DNA of 64,000 nt from Raillietiella orientalis (taxonomy: Eukaryota), in contig JAYWIR010000003.1 in NCBI GenBank assembly GCA_036172245.1, positions 1,550,001 through 1,614,000 of the forward strand, written 5' to 3'. The notes beneath the pieces are model-generated. The model saw nothing but the letters and a program-made list of their open reading frames with translations, was not told where the DNA came from and made no database searches. Below are positions 26,979-38,550 of this stretch, piece after piece. Both the position numbers and the translations under genes were made by a program. Positions within the stretch are counted from its first letter, which is position 1. Every line of letters starts with the position of its first letter.

Positions 26979-28932
26979 TTTTTACACGGACGCAGCGGAG
27001 CGTTTATTCTTTCGAATCAATCGAGAATCTGTGGCTTAACCAGTGGTCCAGCCACGCGCGAACAAACAATAGCGAGCCTGCCGGGTCACCGGTTCGCAGA
27101 CCGGTACGGTCCACCACGACAACAGAAGGGATTGGGACGAAATAAAAAGAAAAAACAAAAATAAGAAATAGAAAAATATCTGGGGGACACGGGAAGGGAT
27201 CACAGTCTTCTGGGAGGCCGTTACATCCTTTTTAGGATGCCGGCAAGCTCTTCTTTAATATGCGTGCCCAGGCGGGCCTGTCGCCATCCTTATGAATTCG
27301 TCGGCGCATTAGACGGCACTCTTATCGCGGAGTCCTCCTGTTGCCTTGCTCCATGCGGTGACGATCCGTCGTAGGCAGCACAGGGCTGCTAGCGAGGCCG
27401 CACGCCGGAGGGCGTCGTAAACGGAAAGGGCTTTAATTGCTTCCCTGGGGTTGCCACAGGGGATTACGATTTCCAAAGCGGTTCCAAAGCGGCCAGAGAG
27501 CAACACAACCCTTTAACAGGTGGGGGAGAGACTCACGCTCCCCACACTTGATGCAATTGGGGTCGACCATTCCCAGTGTACAGTGATGCCGACGGGCGTT
27601 ACACGGGAGTCCCCAGTGCAGCACCAGAAGTGCCGACTCCTGCCATTTTAAAGGAAGGGTACGGATGTTTATCAACATCGGAGGCTACTTCAGATGTTCC
27701 GGCGGAACATCCAGCAGCTCGCCCCAGCGCGAAAGTCCAATAAGGGTGGTAATCCGGGCCGCAGCGTTGGTGAGCTGACCCGTTTTCCATTCTCCGATTC
27801 TCTTCTCTGTACCGTAGATTTCGGCGATAACCTCCCATGCCGCCGCGGTGTTGCTGCCCAGGTGGTCCATGAAGGTGGGCAGCATTGCAGCGAGAGGAGT
27901 TCTTTTTGCCCATGCTTTTTTTTGGGGTTCTTCAGGACCTCCCGGAGCGTGAGGCAGTTGTTGCGCGCAAACAGGTGTCTTCACCCTTGTTCGGCGCGTT
28001 GCTCGTTGCTCCTTGCCCACGTATAAACGGTTTCCTGCAGCCATGCGGTTCCGTTCACGGGCGACAAGAGATCCATTCCACGTTGATCCTCATCAGATCG
28101 GCCACTCTCCGCAACTGCAAACCTCTGTGACCGACTTGGCGGCGACGACGGAGCGCAAGAAACGAAGGCAGTCCACCTTTCCGGTGGCCTGCTTGACGAG
28201 GAGGCGTGCAGGGTCGCACCAGGTAGTGCTCCAAGAATTCGTCACTAGGGCGAGTAACCGAAACTGGAGCTGAAGCTCCAGCCGCTCCAGCGTCAGGAGG
28301 CCGAGACTGACGCCCCGACGCGGAGCTCAAAAGTCCACAAGCCGGACTCGGGGCCTCCCTCTGCCCCACAGGTCAACCCATAGGAGGTCTTTCGTCCGTT
28401 TTTTGTCTACGCAAACGCGTTCCACAGCGCGGCCCGTTCCGACAGAAAAAACCTGCCACCTTGGAGCGGACTGATCGCCGTCTCTACCTTCTGGAGGGAG
28501 CTGGACCACGCAACCGAGGGGAGATAATCCACCAACGTTACACCAAGATAACTGAAGTACCCGACCGTGGGGATCCCCAAACGGACCAGTCCTGCTGCCC
28601 TGCCCACGCCGCAACAACCACCATCACGGACGACTTCGCCCTGTTAACCCTCAGCCCTGTACCCCGACTTAGCAGGTCCCAGAAATCCTCGACCGCGGAA
28701 TCCGGGGTGGACAAAGGGAACAGCAGCAGAAGGTCGTCCGCGTAGGCAGACAGCGCAGGCGTACCGGCGCAATCGAGGGGCAGGTGCGCCAGAGTCTCCC
28801 TGCACGCAATCAGCACCAATTCGAAATAGGCACTGGAGAGCAGGGGACTCAGGCTGTCTCCCTGCCGTATGCCGCGTCGCACCGGTGCGCGGTGCACGGT
28901 GTGTCCACTGAAAGAGATCTGGGCCGTCGCTC
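26979..28932 (-). mobile_element. L1/Tx1-like LINE, 5'-truncated, decayed ORF2 (RT C-half + zf-RVT)
   Basis: VRRGIRQGDSLSPLL, YADDLLLL, GLRVNRAKS, FSYLGV; LPLKWQESALLVLHWGLPC..CIKCGERESLPHLL; 3' UTR and AATAAA; candidate 4-bp TSD TCGC at 26975-26978 / 28933-28936. Confidence 0.92.
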
Positions 28933-31640
28933 TCGCGGACAAATCGTCGACACGAAGCGCCACAATGACGTGCTGGCGCACGTGCGCGAGGAGGCAAACC
29001 CGTCCGGGCACGCATGCCAGCGGGCACGGCAGCCGAGGCGAAGAAGCGAGAACGAGAAAGGCGCGCCGCGCTCGCGCCCCCGCGGCACGGCGCACAGCAC
29101 AACAGCGGCGGCAACCACCCTCGCGAAGGTTCCTGCGCTCGCCCTGTGACCCGCAGAAAGGCACGCCGCGGCCGCAGCGCGCTTCGCGGCGGCGACCATA
29201 CCTCCCCACGCGTTGACCATGGCGGCCGCGTAGGCGTGCGGGAGCGCGCAGCGCCCAAGCTCGCTCGCAGGAAGGAAGCAGCAGAACATGAGCGCTTCTG
29301 TCGGGAAAGGGCGGAGCATGCGTGGCAGGTTGGAGGACGACAGACCGAAGTAGGGAAAATGCACCGAATTCCTCTCCCTCCTCCCCGATGCAGCAGGAGA
29401 TTGCTTGACGGATGGGACGCACCGTGACAAGGCGTCTGCAGGTGCGGGAGCGTGCGCTAAACCTGAGGTCCTTCGCAACACCCGGCATACGCAGCCTCAC
29501 TCTGCACTACCCGGCGCGATCGTTTGCAGAAAGAGAGGAATAGTGGACGGTGGCGTCCGCGGGTTCAGATGAGGCAGCGCGTTCGTGGGTTCGAAGAGAC
29601 CTCCAGATGCCCGAGGAGGAGCGTCCCAGAAGACCATACGAATCGCGACTTGTTTCCCGAGCGCGCACTCAGGACACTTTCTCTCCCCTCAGGATGACAC
29701 CAAGCGACGGAACGCGAGCGGGCAGCAGCCCATGGGTGTCCATTTACGCGATGTATGCAGAATGCGCTTTGTCGCGCGACGTGCGAGCTCGCTTCAGCAG
29801 GCCGAAGATCACCACGAGCACACAAACGCACGTTTGACACAAGAAGGCGTCGCTTTCGTTTCCCCGCAAATCAGAAACGCAGAACCCTTCCTTCTGCGCC
29901 CTGCCTACACCCCAAAGGGCCACTGTGGTTATGTCTCGCTATCCTGGGAGAATCTCTTTGGAGCACTGAATAATCTGCACCACGCCCAGATGCCTGCCTC
30001 CCGCATGCCGAGACGCCGCTCAGTCATCGCCGCCCCGTTCCGATCGTCGCCTCTCTGGACCATTGGAAAGAACCATCACTCTGCTCTGCGTCGCTGCAGG
30101 CGAGTTCACCTGGCGACGGCCGCTTCTCTGGACTTGTAATGGCACGCGGAGGAAGGGGGCTATTTGTCGATTGCGGCGAAGGCCGCCTTCCTTGTCACAC
30201 CGGCGGGAGACTGAAGGAAGCTGAAGCTGGGGGAAGTCTTGCAGCAGCGCGCCGCATCTCCTGGGAACGGCAGCTGATCCCCGCACAGAGGTAGAAAATT
30301 GCCAGAAAGGTTCATTGGCACGGTTGAACTGGCACGTGGGAGGAGCCTTCGGTCGGGTGAAGAGATGGCACGGGTGGGCAGATAACAGCGCACCAGAGCA
30401 GGGACGCTCGCTCCGGCTCGACACGCGGGGCCTCGTAGCTGTCATCTGGCTTCCTGCAGTTCATCGAGAACGGTTCGCTGCACGGTGAGCCGTGCCCGCA
30501 GCTGCGAACCACACGGCTGTCTCCGCAAGCCGATGCTGAGCTTGTTGAACAGAACGGTCGTCTCCACACTTGAATGCCTGAATCCCTAGAGACAGCAAAC
30601 CGTAAGGAGACGAACGCACAGCAGGCTCGAGGAAGGACATCCTCCAACCGAAGAGCAGCCACTTCGAAACGCCTCCTTCCAGCCACCTCCCTGGAATCCT
30701 CGAGAACGCAGAAAATGGGTATCCGGAAGCATCCACTGTGGCTGAAGGGAAAGATGGCGTTCCCTCGAGCTTGAGTGCAAAGGTGGTCATGTATCGTCAC
30801 ATCGGTGGTGCTCGGCCGAACTTCGACGCCGCATCCTCCGTCCTCAATTCACCACGCTACACCTTTGCAGCATCCGTTCACTGGGATTGCGGAGGTGGCA
30901 GTAACGCCCTAACAGAAAATTGGGACCCCACGGCTTTCCCTTCCGTGAAACCGAACACCTCGTGAGGTGTGGAGCAGCAACCCTTCCATCTCCCATCGCT
31001 GGGCACGACGCCGCGAGTTCTGAAGCGGTGTCCGTTGTCCGAGGCAACTCGAAGAAGTGCCGGAGGCCAGCGCACCGCACACTCACCTCGTCCAGTTGCC
31101 AGAGGCTCACCATGGAGTCGCAGTGCTCGCACGACCTGGTCCGGCCATAGTAAAGCGGAGGACAGCAGTCGGTGGTGACGGCGCCTCGCATGGTGCCAAA
31201 CGGAACGTGGGGAGGCTCACGCTGCCGCCCATGCTGAAGACCACCTCATCTTCATAAACATCATCTTCCGAGTATTGGATAACCAGCGGCACATCAGTCT
31301 CTGAAGCATTGTGCAACTTCACGAGCGAGCTTTTGGTAGCGAGTTCCTTCCCTTGCGTTTCTCGTAGACTGCCGGGCGTCTTTGTGCGCCGCGCGTAGGT
31401 GGCACCGCCGGAGGCTGTCGGCGTGCGTGCATGCAACCGCGGGACTACACCTCTGCGGCGTGGGCGACACTCCGCTGGGCCACGACGAAGGCGTGCGGCA
31501 CCTCCGCAGTTCATGCGGCGCTGGAAGCGACCGATGCACTCGGGATGCGCTCGGAATGGCGCGGGTTCAGCGCGGCCGACCAGGCAGGGCGTGCTACTTG
31601 TGAAGCACTGTGCTTCGCCGGGGAGCACCTGCGACACGTC
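28933..31640 (-). pseudogene. Long degenerate GC-rich phenuivirus-like L fragment
   Basis: Colinear: GKELATKSSLVKL, GCFRIPIF..GRRRFEV (premotif F-like), CHLFTRPK, GSAAVP, GGDD (motif C position), LSAGH..ARVVAAAVVL (recalled LSKGHVVPRVVAAGVYL), FSLLRL. Confidence 0.75.
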
Positions 31641-31699
31641 TAGTGGACACTACGCACGCGTCCTCCAAGCGGAAGTTCCCCGGAATAATGGCGAAAGAA

Positions 31700-33100
31700 G
31701 GCTACAACCCAATCGCACGAGGAATGCAGAACAGGAAGCAAATAAAGCTCACGAGAAGCCTTGATTCGGGATGCGCGTTCGATTCGAAAGCTTCCACGAA
31801 GGGGATTTGCTGGTCACTCAAGCATTGCTTGTCACTCCGTACGGGGAGAACCTGAGCTGCTCAGGTAGTCTTCAGCACTTCAGCGAATACAGCCAGATGG
31901 ACGTCAGTGCCAGTGGATATTTCTCCCTGAGGGCAGAGATTCAGTCTTCGCGTCGTCTAGTTTCCCACGGCTCCAGACCAGTATATTCGATGCGTTGCTC
32001 CGCACAGTTGCTGCTTCCAGGCAACCATATCGGGAGGAAATAGAATTCCGTCTTATGTGTTGAAAGAAGCGCGTGCCCGTATCCCCAAACGACGTACTGA
32101 GACAGCAGCAAACACGGCGAACACTGACGGCGATGGTGGTTTGCAAGCGTACGCGCCACGAGGAGGCGATGGCGACTCAGATTGGCTCTCTTCATTGAAG
32201 GAACCTTCAGAGGGGGTCGGCTCGCAGCCCACCAACGAGGTGGATTCGGATGCGTCAAGCTGTCGGCACAAAACACGCGAGGTTTTCCTTGCCCTCTTGC
32301 GCCTTCTGGAGATTAAGGATTGAACGTTCCGCCGGATGATGCTTCGTGGAAGCTTGCCCCTTATCCACGCAAGACTGATGCGTAGCACTTGCTCAGATTC
32401 TTCTCATGCGTCAGCGTCTCTCCTTGGATCGCGGTTTTTGCTTGCTGAATACAGGTTTCCAGAGCGTCAAAGGAGACACCTCAACTGAGCAAAAGAGCTC
32501 TCTATGTGTGCGGCCAAAGCCAAGTCCTGAATCTGGCGGCGTGAGGAGTTCTCCCCAGTTGGCAAGACGTGAAATGCGCCCTCCTGTCCTCCACTTGTTC
32601 CAAGCCAGAGGCAGTCTGACGCTATGCTCTCTGCCTGACCTCGCCGCACCCTTCTCTCGTCAGACAGGTAGGTCACGATTGCCTCACTTACGATGTCAAG
32701 AGCGCTGAAATCCTCCAGTAGTATTAGAACACGCGACCGATACAGCTGAAGGGTCGGATGTGAGGGCGTCAAGTTTACCAATATTCCTCATTCCATTGCA
32801 AACGCGTTCTCTGCGTGCCGCTTTTGCGTTCCCCCCCCCTTCTTTGCCTTTTCTGCAAGAGTTTTTTTTAGTACCAATTATGAAAAGAGTGACCACCTGG
32901 CTGGATGTTCGACAGCGAGGTGGTGTCATCGGCTTGAAGAAGCTGTTGATGATGAAGGCGTCGGATATTTCGTACGCCTCAATAGCACCAGACATTTCCT
33001 TCTACTCTTGCTCTAGGAATCCCGGTCTGTTGCTCTCGGAGGAGGATGCAACAGTGTCTTCACTTCTATTCTGATCTCCCTGTCGATTCTTCCTATCTGC
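31700..33100 (-). pseudogene. Degenerate L fragment (motifs B, C onward)
   Basis: RTSSQVVTL (motif B tail), LDALTSDPSAV (motif C), ENLSKCYASVLRG*GASF (recalled EDYSNLLTQCLEGGASF). Confidence 0.6.
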
Positions 33101-33249
33101 TTCTTGATGCGTTCCAGCCTCTGATGACGCACGGTGCTAGGAAACAACAACTGTTTTAAGGCATCTACTTTCTATCAGGAAGACAGGACGCAGTGTGGAA
33201 GGGCCTTGCCATCTACTCTTTTTTTGACGTAATTTGATAGACATCAATC

Positions 33250-36200
33250 GCTACCTTCTTCCCTGGATACTCATGTGCATCGAAAAACGATGTGTTCGTG
33301 ATCGCATCGCTGCACGCTTAAAGTCTCAGAGTACGCAGTTCTCGGGAGTCCTTCCGGAATTCATCAGGGGGACGCATTTTGCCGAGTTACTTCAGAGACC
33401 AGGTCTTGCTGCAAGATTTTCAAAGTGACGTACCCTTTGCCTCAAGTCTTCCTCGGAGTACGCAAGGGAGACCAGTTGTTCGGCATACGCCAAGAGAGTA
33501 TCGTCACCATAACTCTTCTTGATTACTCAAGCAAGCGGCTCGATTGCTATGATAAACGGCAGAGAGGCTCAACGGGCGTCCCTGCTTTGGTCCACCCTGG
33601 AGAATGAATGATTCGTGACCGTGGACTCCTGCACGTGCAGTTGATCCGAAAGTGTTTTCTGACGACTTCAAGGAAATCTTGTCCTACCCTTGGCGGTTTT
33701 AACATGCGGATCAACATGTCGCGGCTGATATCTGTGAATGCACTGATTAGGTTTAGAAGCAGGATTGTAAGGTCCTTCTACCTGGCAGCTGATTGTATCG
33801 TGTGCTATAAAAGTTTGTCCCTCTCCAGAGTAGAAACTTCGCATTTCACGTTGTGTACAGTGAGCTCATGTTCAAGCTGTAAGCCCACTCTGGAACAGGC
33901 ACGAACTGTGCAAGAATCCTTTGTGGTTAAGGGGTACCTGCCGAATTGCGAAGAAACCTCCCATTCTCGGGAAGCGCTAACGGGGCGGCTTGGAATGCCG
34001 GAAAAAGTCGGGCATGCTCGGTGGCCAAGTGGAAGTTTCGCTAAATGCTCACGAAGGAGCGTTCTCCTTCGTTGAGGACGAACGGTTCTTTAGCAGTTGG
34101 CAAGTGGGTTCCTCCTTAGGTGGGTAACTAGCAAAAAAACTCAACACTGTCCACGCCATCCGAGGGTACTCAAAGCTTTTCATTTACCGCCCTATGAAAA
34201 CAGGAAGGCTGCGATTAAAGCATTTTGTTGCTCTTGGCAGGGAAACTCGGAAGGGAACCGTTATCCCGGTTATCTCCGAATGGAGCGTCGAATAGAAATT
34301 TTTCCGTATTCTATACGGAAAGACTTCTTGGAGAGGTCCACTTCTTATCCCTCCACAAAGCATCCCCTCCTGAGATTTCCCTCCGGAGGAAACCTGCAAG
34401 AGGAATTGCTCCTTACTTCCTTCTCTGAAGAGAATCTTTAAATGAACCGGTTCCTTGATTCCTGGAAGGAACCCGGAATCTCAACTTTCGATTCCCGCCA
34501 GTAAACGGGGGCATGCTAGAATTTCCGGCTTTCCAGCAAGTACGCTGATAGACCAACCAGTGTCATCTTGCAGGAGAGGGACTCGAAACCCAGGACGCAC
34601 TCCCATTGCTCAGCGTCGATCGACCACGATTCGAATTCGCAACTCTTGGTACCAGGCGCGGAGACCGCAGCTTCGCGACTGCCAACGTGGTCAGCATCCT
34701 CCCTTTACCTTCAGGACACAACTCAACGAGGCGTGCCACAGGAGATGTGAAAACAGTCCGTGACATGGGAAGAGTGGACGCTCCATGCGTGGTCTGATTA
34801 GCAAGAAAAAAGCGATCCTGTGAACGATGATCAGTTCCACTAAAGAACGTCATCCGCATCCTACGTGAGTGGACTCACCCTACAGGCGCGCCCCTGAGGA
34901 TCGCTTCAGACCGACAGAAGTGCATGCAGGTGCAGAAAACGGCAACTTTTGGAACCTCTGGAGTATGCGAAGAGTCCCCATTTACGGCAAGTGCAGACCT
35001 CGCCAGATCGCGCGACGTTTCACCGCATTGCTTGCAGAGCGTGCTCCGGAATCTATGAGGAAACGTTTCCGTGACGACGTCACGTAACGTCGGGCGCCAG
35101 CGGCGCCCTCTTCCCCAGCACTGGAGTCCCGGCAGGCTTCGTCGCCACCGCTCAAATGCAGCCCAGCCCCATCTGCGGTTCTCACTCTCGTAGCAAATGC
35201 GCACGCAGCTTGCACCCTGACTTGACAACGCATTTCCCTAACGCCCGATGCCTGGAAGCGCAGAAGACAGCTGATCACCCTCGGAAGCTCCAATGACGAG
35301 AAGACGATCATCAATTATCATAGAAGAGACGCAGCTGTCTCTCGCGGCGTTTCATTCTTTCCGTGCAAATACATTTCCTAACGATGCGTTCGACTTTAGA
35401 TGTGACTTTGGATATTCCATGGGAGCTCAATATGTACACGGGTTTTGTCACCTACAGCACGCTGCGCGTCGTATAGAAAGGAAGGAGCCCTCTGATTGAA
35501 GCAGGAACCGCACCGCGAAGCAAGAGAAGGATCATCGAAAAACCCTGACATTCTAAACCTGATACGGCTGTCTCTTCAGTTCAGTCGACGCGAAGCACTT
35601 GAATTCGACGGTCGAGCTCGCTGTTTTCAAAAGCTCGAGGATCTACATTTGAAGCGCGAATCTTTTTTTTCTAGGACATTTAAAGCCGTTCTTTGGCTGG
35701 GAGCACTTTAGGAGGTGCCCAGTGGATGCCAGGGCTGCGTTGCAACGCAGACGGAAAATCGCCACATCTGGTGAGAGATCGCAGGAAAGACTTGGACGAG
35801 CTTGTTGATGAAAGTTTCTTAGCCCAAAGTAATGGAGAGTTGTGTCGCGTGAGTGCAGGAAATCAAGTCAGGTACCCCAAGGACCCATCGATTCGGTAGA
35901 AAGAGTGCTCGGACTTTTCGCTGTCGGAATTCGTGCGAAGCGGATTCCGATTGCACTCGTGTCTTCGGCTGCACAACGTTGTTTCAGGATGGTCATCGAG
36001 GTAGTCCGGGGTCTTGCAGCTGCACTCGGAAACCACGAAAGTTACAACCAGTTCTCGAGTGCCTTGAGAACGCTTTGCTTCCCAAACGGTCCAATCACAT
36101 GGTATGAGAGAAAATGCGGTTCTCAGGAATGCCAAATCAAGACGAAGCTCTCGTATGAAATAAGAGACTGTTGAGTCACAACGAGGAGGTGATCTCGTGG

Positions 36201-36800
36201 GAGGTATCCCGTAAGAGCTCGTTGGCGGCGATTTGGCGCTTTTTCCGTAGCGCTCAACCGGATTGCACTCGTGAGAACGGCCGGGCGCCAAGGGCCTCGG
36301 AAGCGTACGAGCAGCGAGCTGCATTTCTTCGCCCTCGCGGCTTCTATGCTTGCGGAAGTCCCGTCCCGCTAGACAGCTCACGGCGCCACGGGGTCCGCAA
36401 CATGTTTCTGGCACCAGTGGATCATCGTTTGCGCCAAGCGATCACGTGCCATCAATCAAACTGAGCTGAAAAATGAGCTGGCGAAACTGAGCTGTGCGAC
36501 CCGAAGTAAAAGAACAAAACTCGTGATGCAGCCGCACCTGATCACAAGCGTCAGCGAGAACACCACTCGTCTGCCATGCTCTGATCGAATTATGCATCTC
36601 ATTACAGTCAGGAAGAAATGCTGGTAATGGTACTAACGATATTCCCAAGTGATGAGGAGACTGCTTCTTGTGAAGATGCAGACGTGTCAATGCGAAGGAG
36701 ACCGCAAAGTGGGTTGCCCTCCGTCAACGGAAGAACTATTGGCTGCTCTTGTGAAAAATCCTCGAGACGAAACAGGAAAGTATATGTCGGAAGGACAAAT
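33250..36800 (+). pseudogene. Long degenerate phenuivirus-like L fragment
   Basis: Colinear: CARILC, HARWPSGSFAK (motif A-like), GFLLRWVTSKK, WQGNSE..GYL, FFRILYGKTS (motif B-like), LSSK..QERDS (D/E), RP/TIR, VPGAETAASR, AGAENGNFWNLW. The part after ~35100 is unassigned beyond continuity. Confidence 0.65.
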
Positions 36801-37560
36801 TGCGTCGTTTCACTCCTTCACCGGAAAAATTGGAAAGCTTCATCGGAAAAATTGCCCCTCAGAGGTGCGGGAACGGCCTTTCTTGGCAGACGTTTAGCCG
36901 GATCTTTACCAAATGGGGGGGAGGGCAAACAAAAAGCAAGAAACGAAGGATGGAACAACCAAAAGTGTTCCGGGTGAAGGTCCGCTCCGACAAGATGAAC
37001 TTGCTGTCGACGAGCGGGCCGAATGTCTAGTCTGCCTTTCGGAGGCACGCCGACCACGTTTATGCAGCGCATAAGGCGCTCAGTGGTACGACAAGGTACT
37101 TGAAGTACCTGCCCGTGGGGACTCCCAGGAGAATCCGGTCGGCCTGCACCCTCTACGACGTCCCTTCCATCGTTAAGTCCATGCATCTCGCCATGTTGAT
37201 GCTCACGCCCGCACCACGGCGGATCACCTCCAAGAATTACTCAAGCCTTGCTGCCAGGGTGGACATAGGCAACAGAAGAAGAGAGTCGTCCGCATTCCAC
37301 GGCCGGCGTCCACGGGCAGGAGATGATTCATTCACCAACGTCAGCCTGTACTCCTTCAGTACCAAATCGAAGAAGATGCTGACTGGCAAAGGACTTAAGC
37401 TGTCATCCGTGCCTCTGCGGACGGCATCTCCGTACGAGTGGCAGCCGCTGAACTGGAAATCCACTAACGTGAACGCCAACAGGAGCACAATTGAAGAAGG
37501 AGGTGCGTCGGCAAGGTGATGCGCCCCAGGAGCTGCGGAAGCTGCCGATGGACACAGTCC
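36800..37560 (-). mobile_element. LINE RT fragment
   Basis: VRRGTDDSLSPL..FFDLVL..NADDSLLLLP, FKYL; same family as 26979-28932. Confidence 0.85.
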
Positions 37561-37599
37561 GACATTTCATGCAGATCGACTACGACTGCTAAGGCTCCC

Positions 37600-38550
37600 G
37601 GACTTTCCCCCGGCTGTCGGCACTGGCACTCGGAATAAGCAGCATCTCTTGATGCGTAGCGACCATCCGATTCCGCCTAGCTCGACCCTAGATGCACCCG
37701 TCTGGGACCATCCGGCTGCTATCCTCATCAAGCGAATTCCCCACCCCATAGCATACTCCGCGTTCGGTGCTCCTTCAGCGCCGTCGCAGGCCGCCACAAT
37801 CCTGTGGATGTAGCGAGATGTTGCAAGTGCTGCGGTTAGCTTCAGAGCAGCTCATGAAATGGAGCAAGAAAATGTCATTGGGGTTGCCTGCCGGGGTGCG
37901 AAGGGTCTTCTCTAAACGTTTTCGCAGAGGCCATTGGGACGCACTGCCCACAGGCAGGAACGGGAGGGATTCGCGTTCCTCTCAACTGCGCCAGTCTGCG
38001 CTGGTTCTCACCAGCGTCCATTGGTTTGGGCGGGAGGTGAGAGGAAGACCCCGGTGCAACAGTGGAAGTGCCGACTTTTGTCACTTCAGGAGGGAAGCGC
38101 TGCCGCCCGCGAGCGGCGGGGACCACTTCAGGTCTTCCTTACGGATACCGAGCAGCTCACTCCAGCCTGCAAGTCAACTTGGAAGGGCACTTCCGATCGC
38201 AGCGTGGGTCAGCTGCTCCCGTGCTCCAACCACGCATTTGGTTCCTCCCAACTGCGATCTCGCAAGAGACTTCCCAGCTCGCCGATTAGCTTCTCTCATC
38301 CTCTGCTCTCAAGGAGGCGATCCTTGCAGCAAGGGGGGTGAGCTTTTCCCACTCGCTCACGCTGGGACTCTCCAGGGACAGGAGCAGCCAGTGGCAGACC
38401 TACGGACCTACATGTGGAGACACGGCAGGCATTGTACTGTCGCAAGCACTGCTGCCACGCGTGACCAGCTCCATGAGAACGGGATTTTTAATGCCTCTGG
38501 AAAAGACGGAAACGCATGGGCACGGGTGGGAAATTGCGTTCCCATGACAG
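37600..38550 (-). mobile_element. LINE ORF2 C-terminal fragment
   Basis: WSELLGI, LK*QKSALPLLHRGLP, ERESLP; homologous to other copies. Confidence 0.75.

Noticed and set aside
28538..29500. 320-aa ORF fusing L-derived DNA to LINE RT, first read as a template-switch chimera or fusion gene
   Set aside because: The L-derived sequence resumes at 26978 and the uninterrupted site exists at ~56175, so it is an ordinary insertion; the open frame is incidental.
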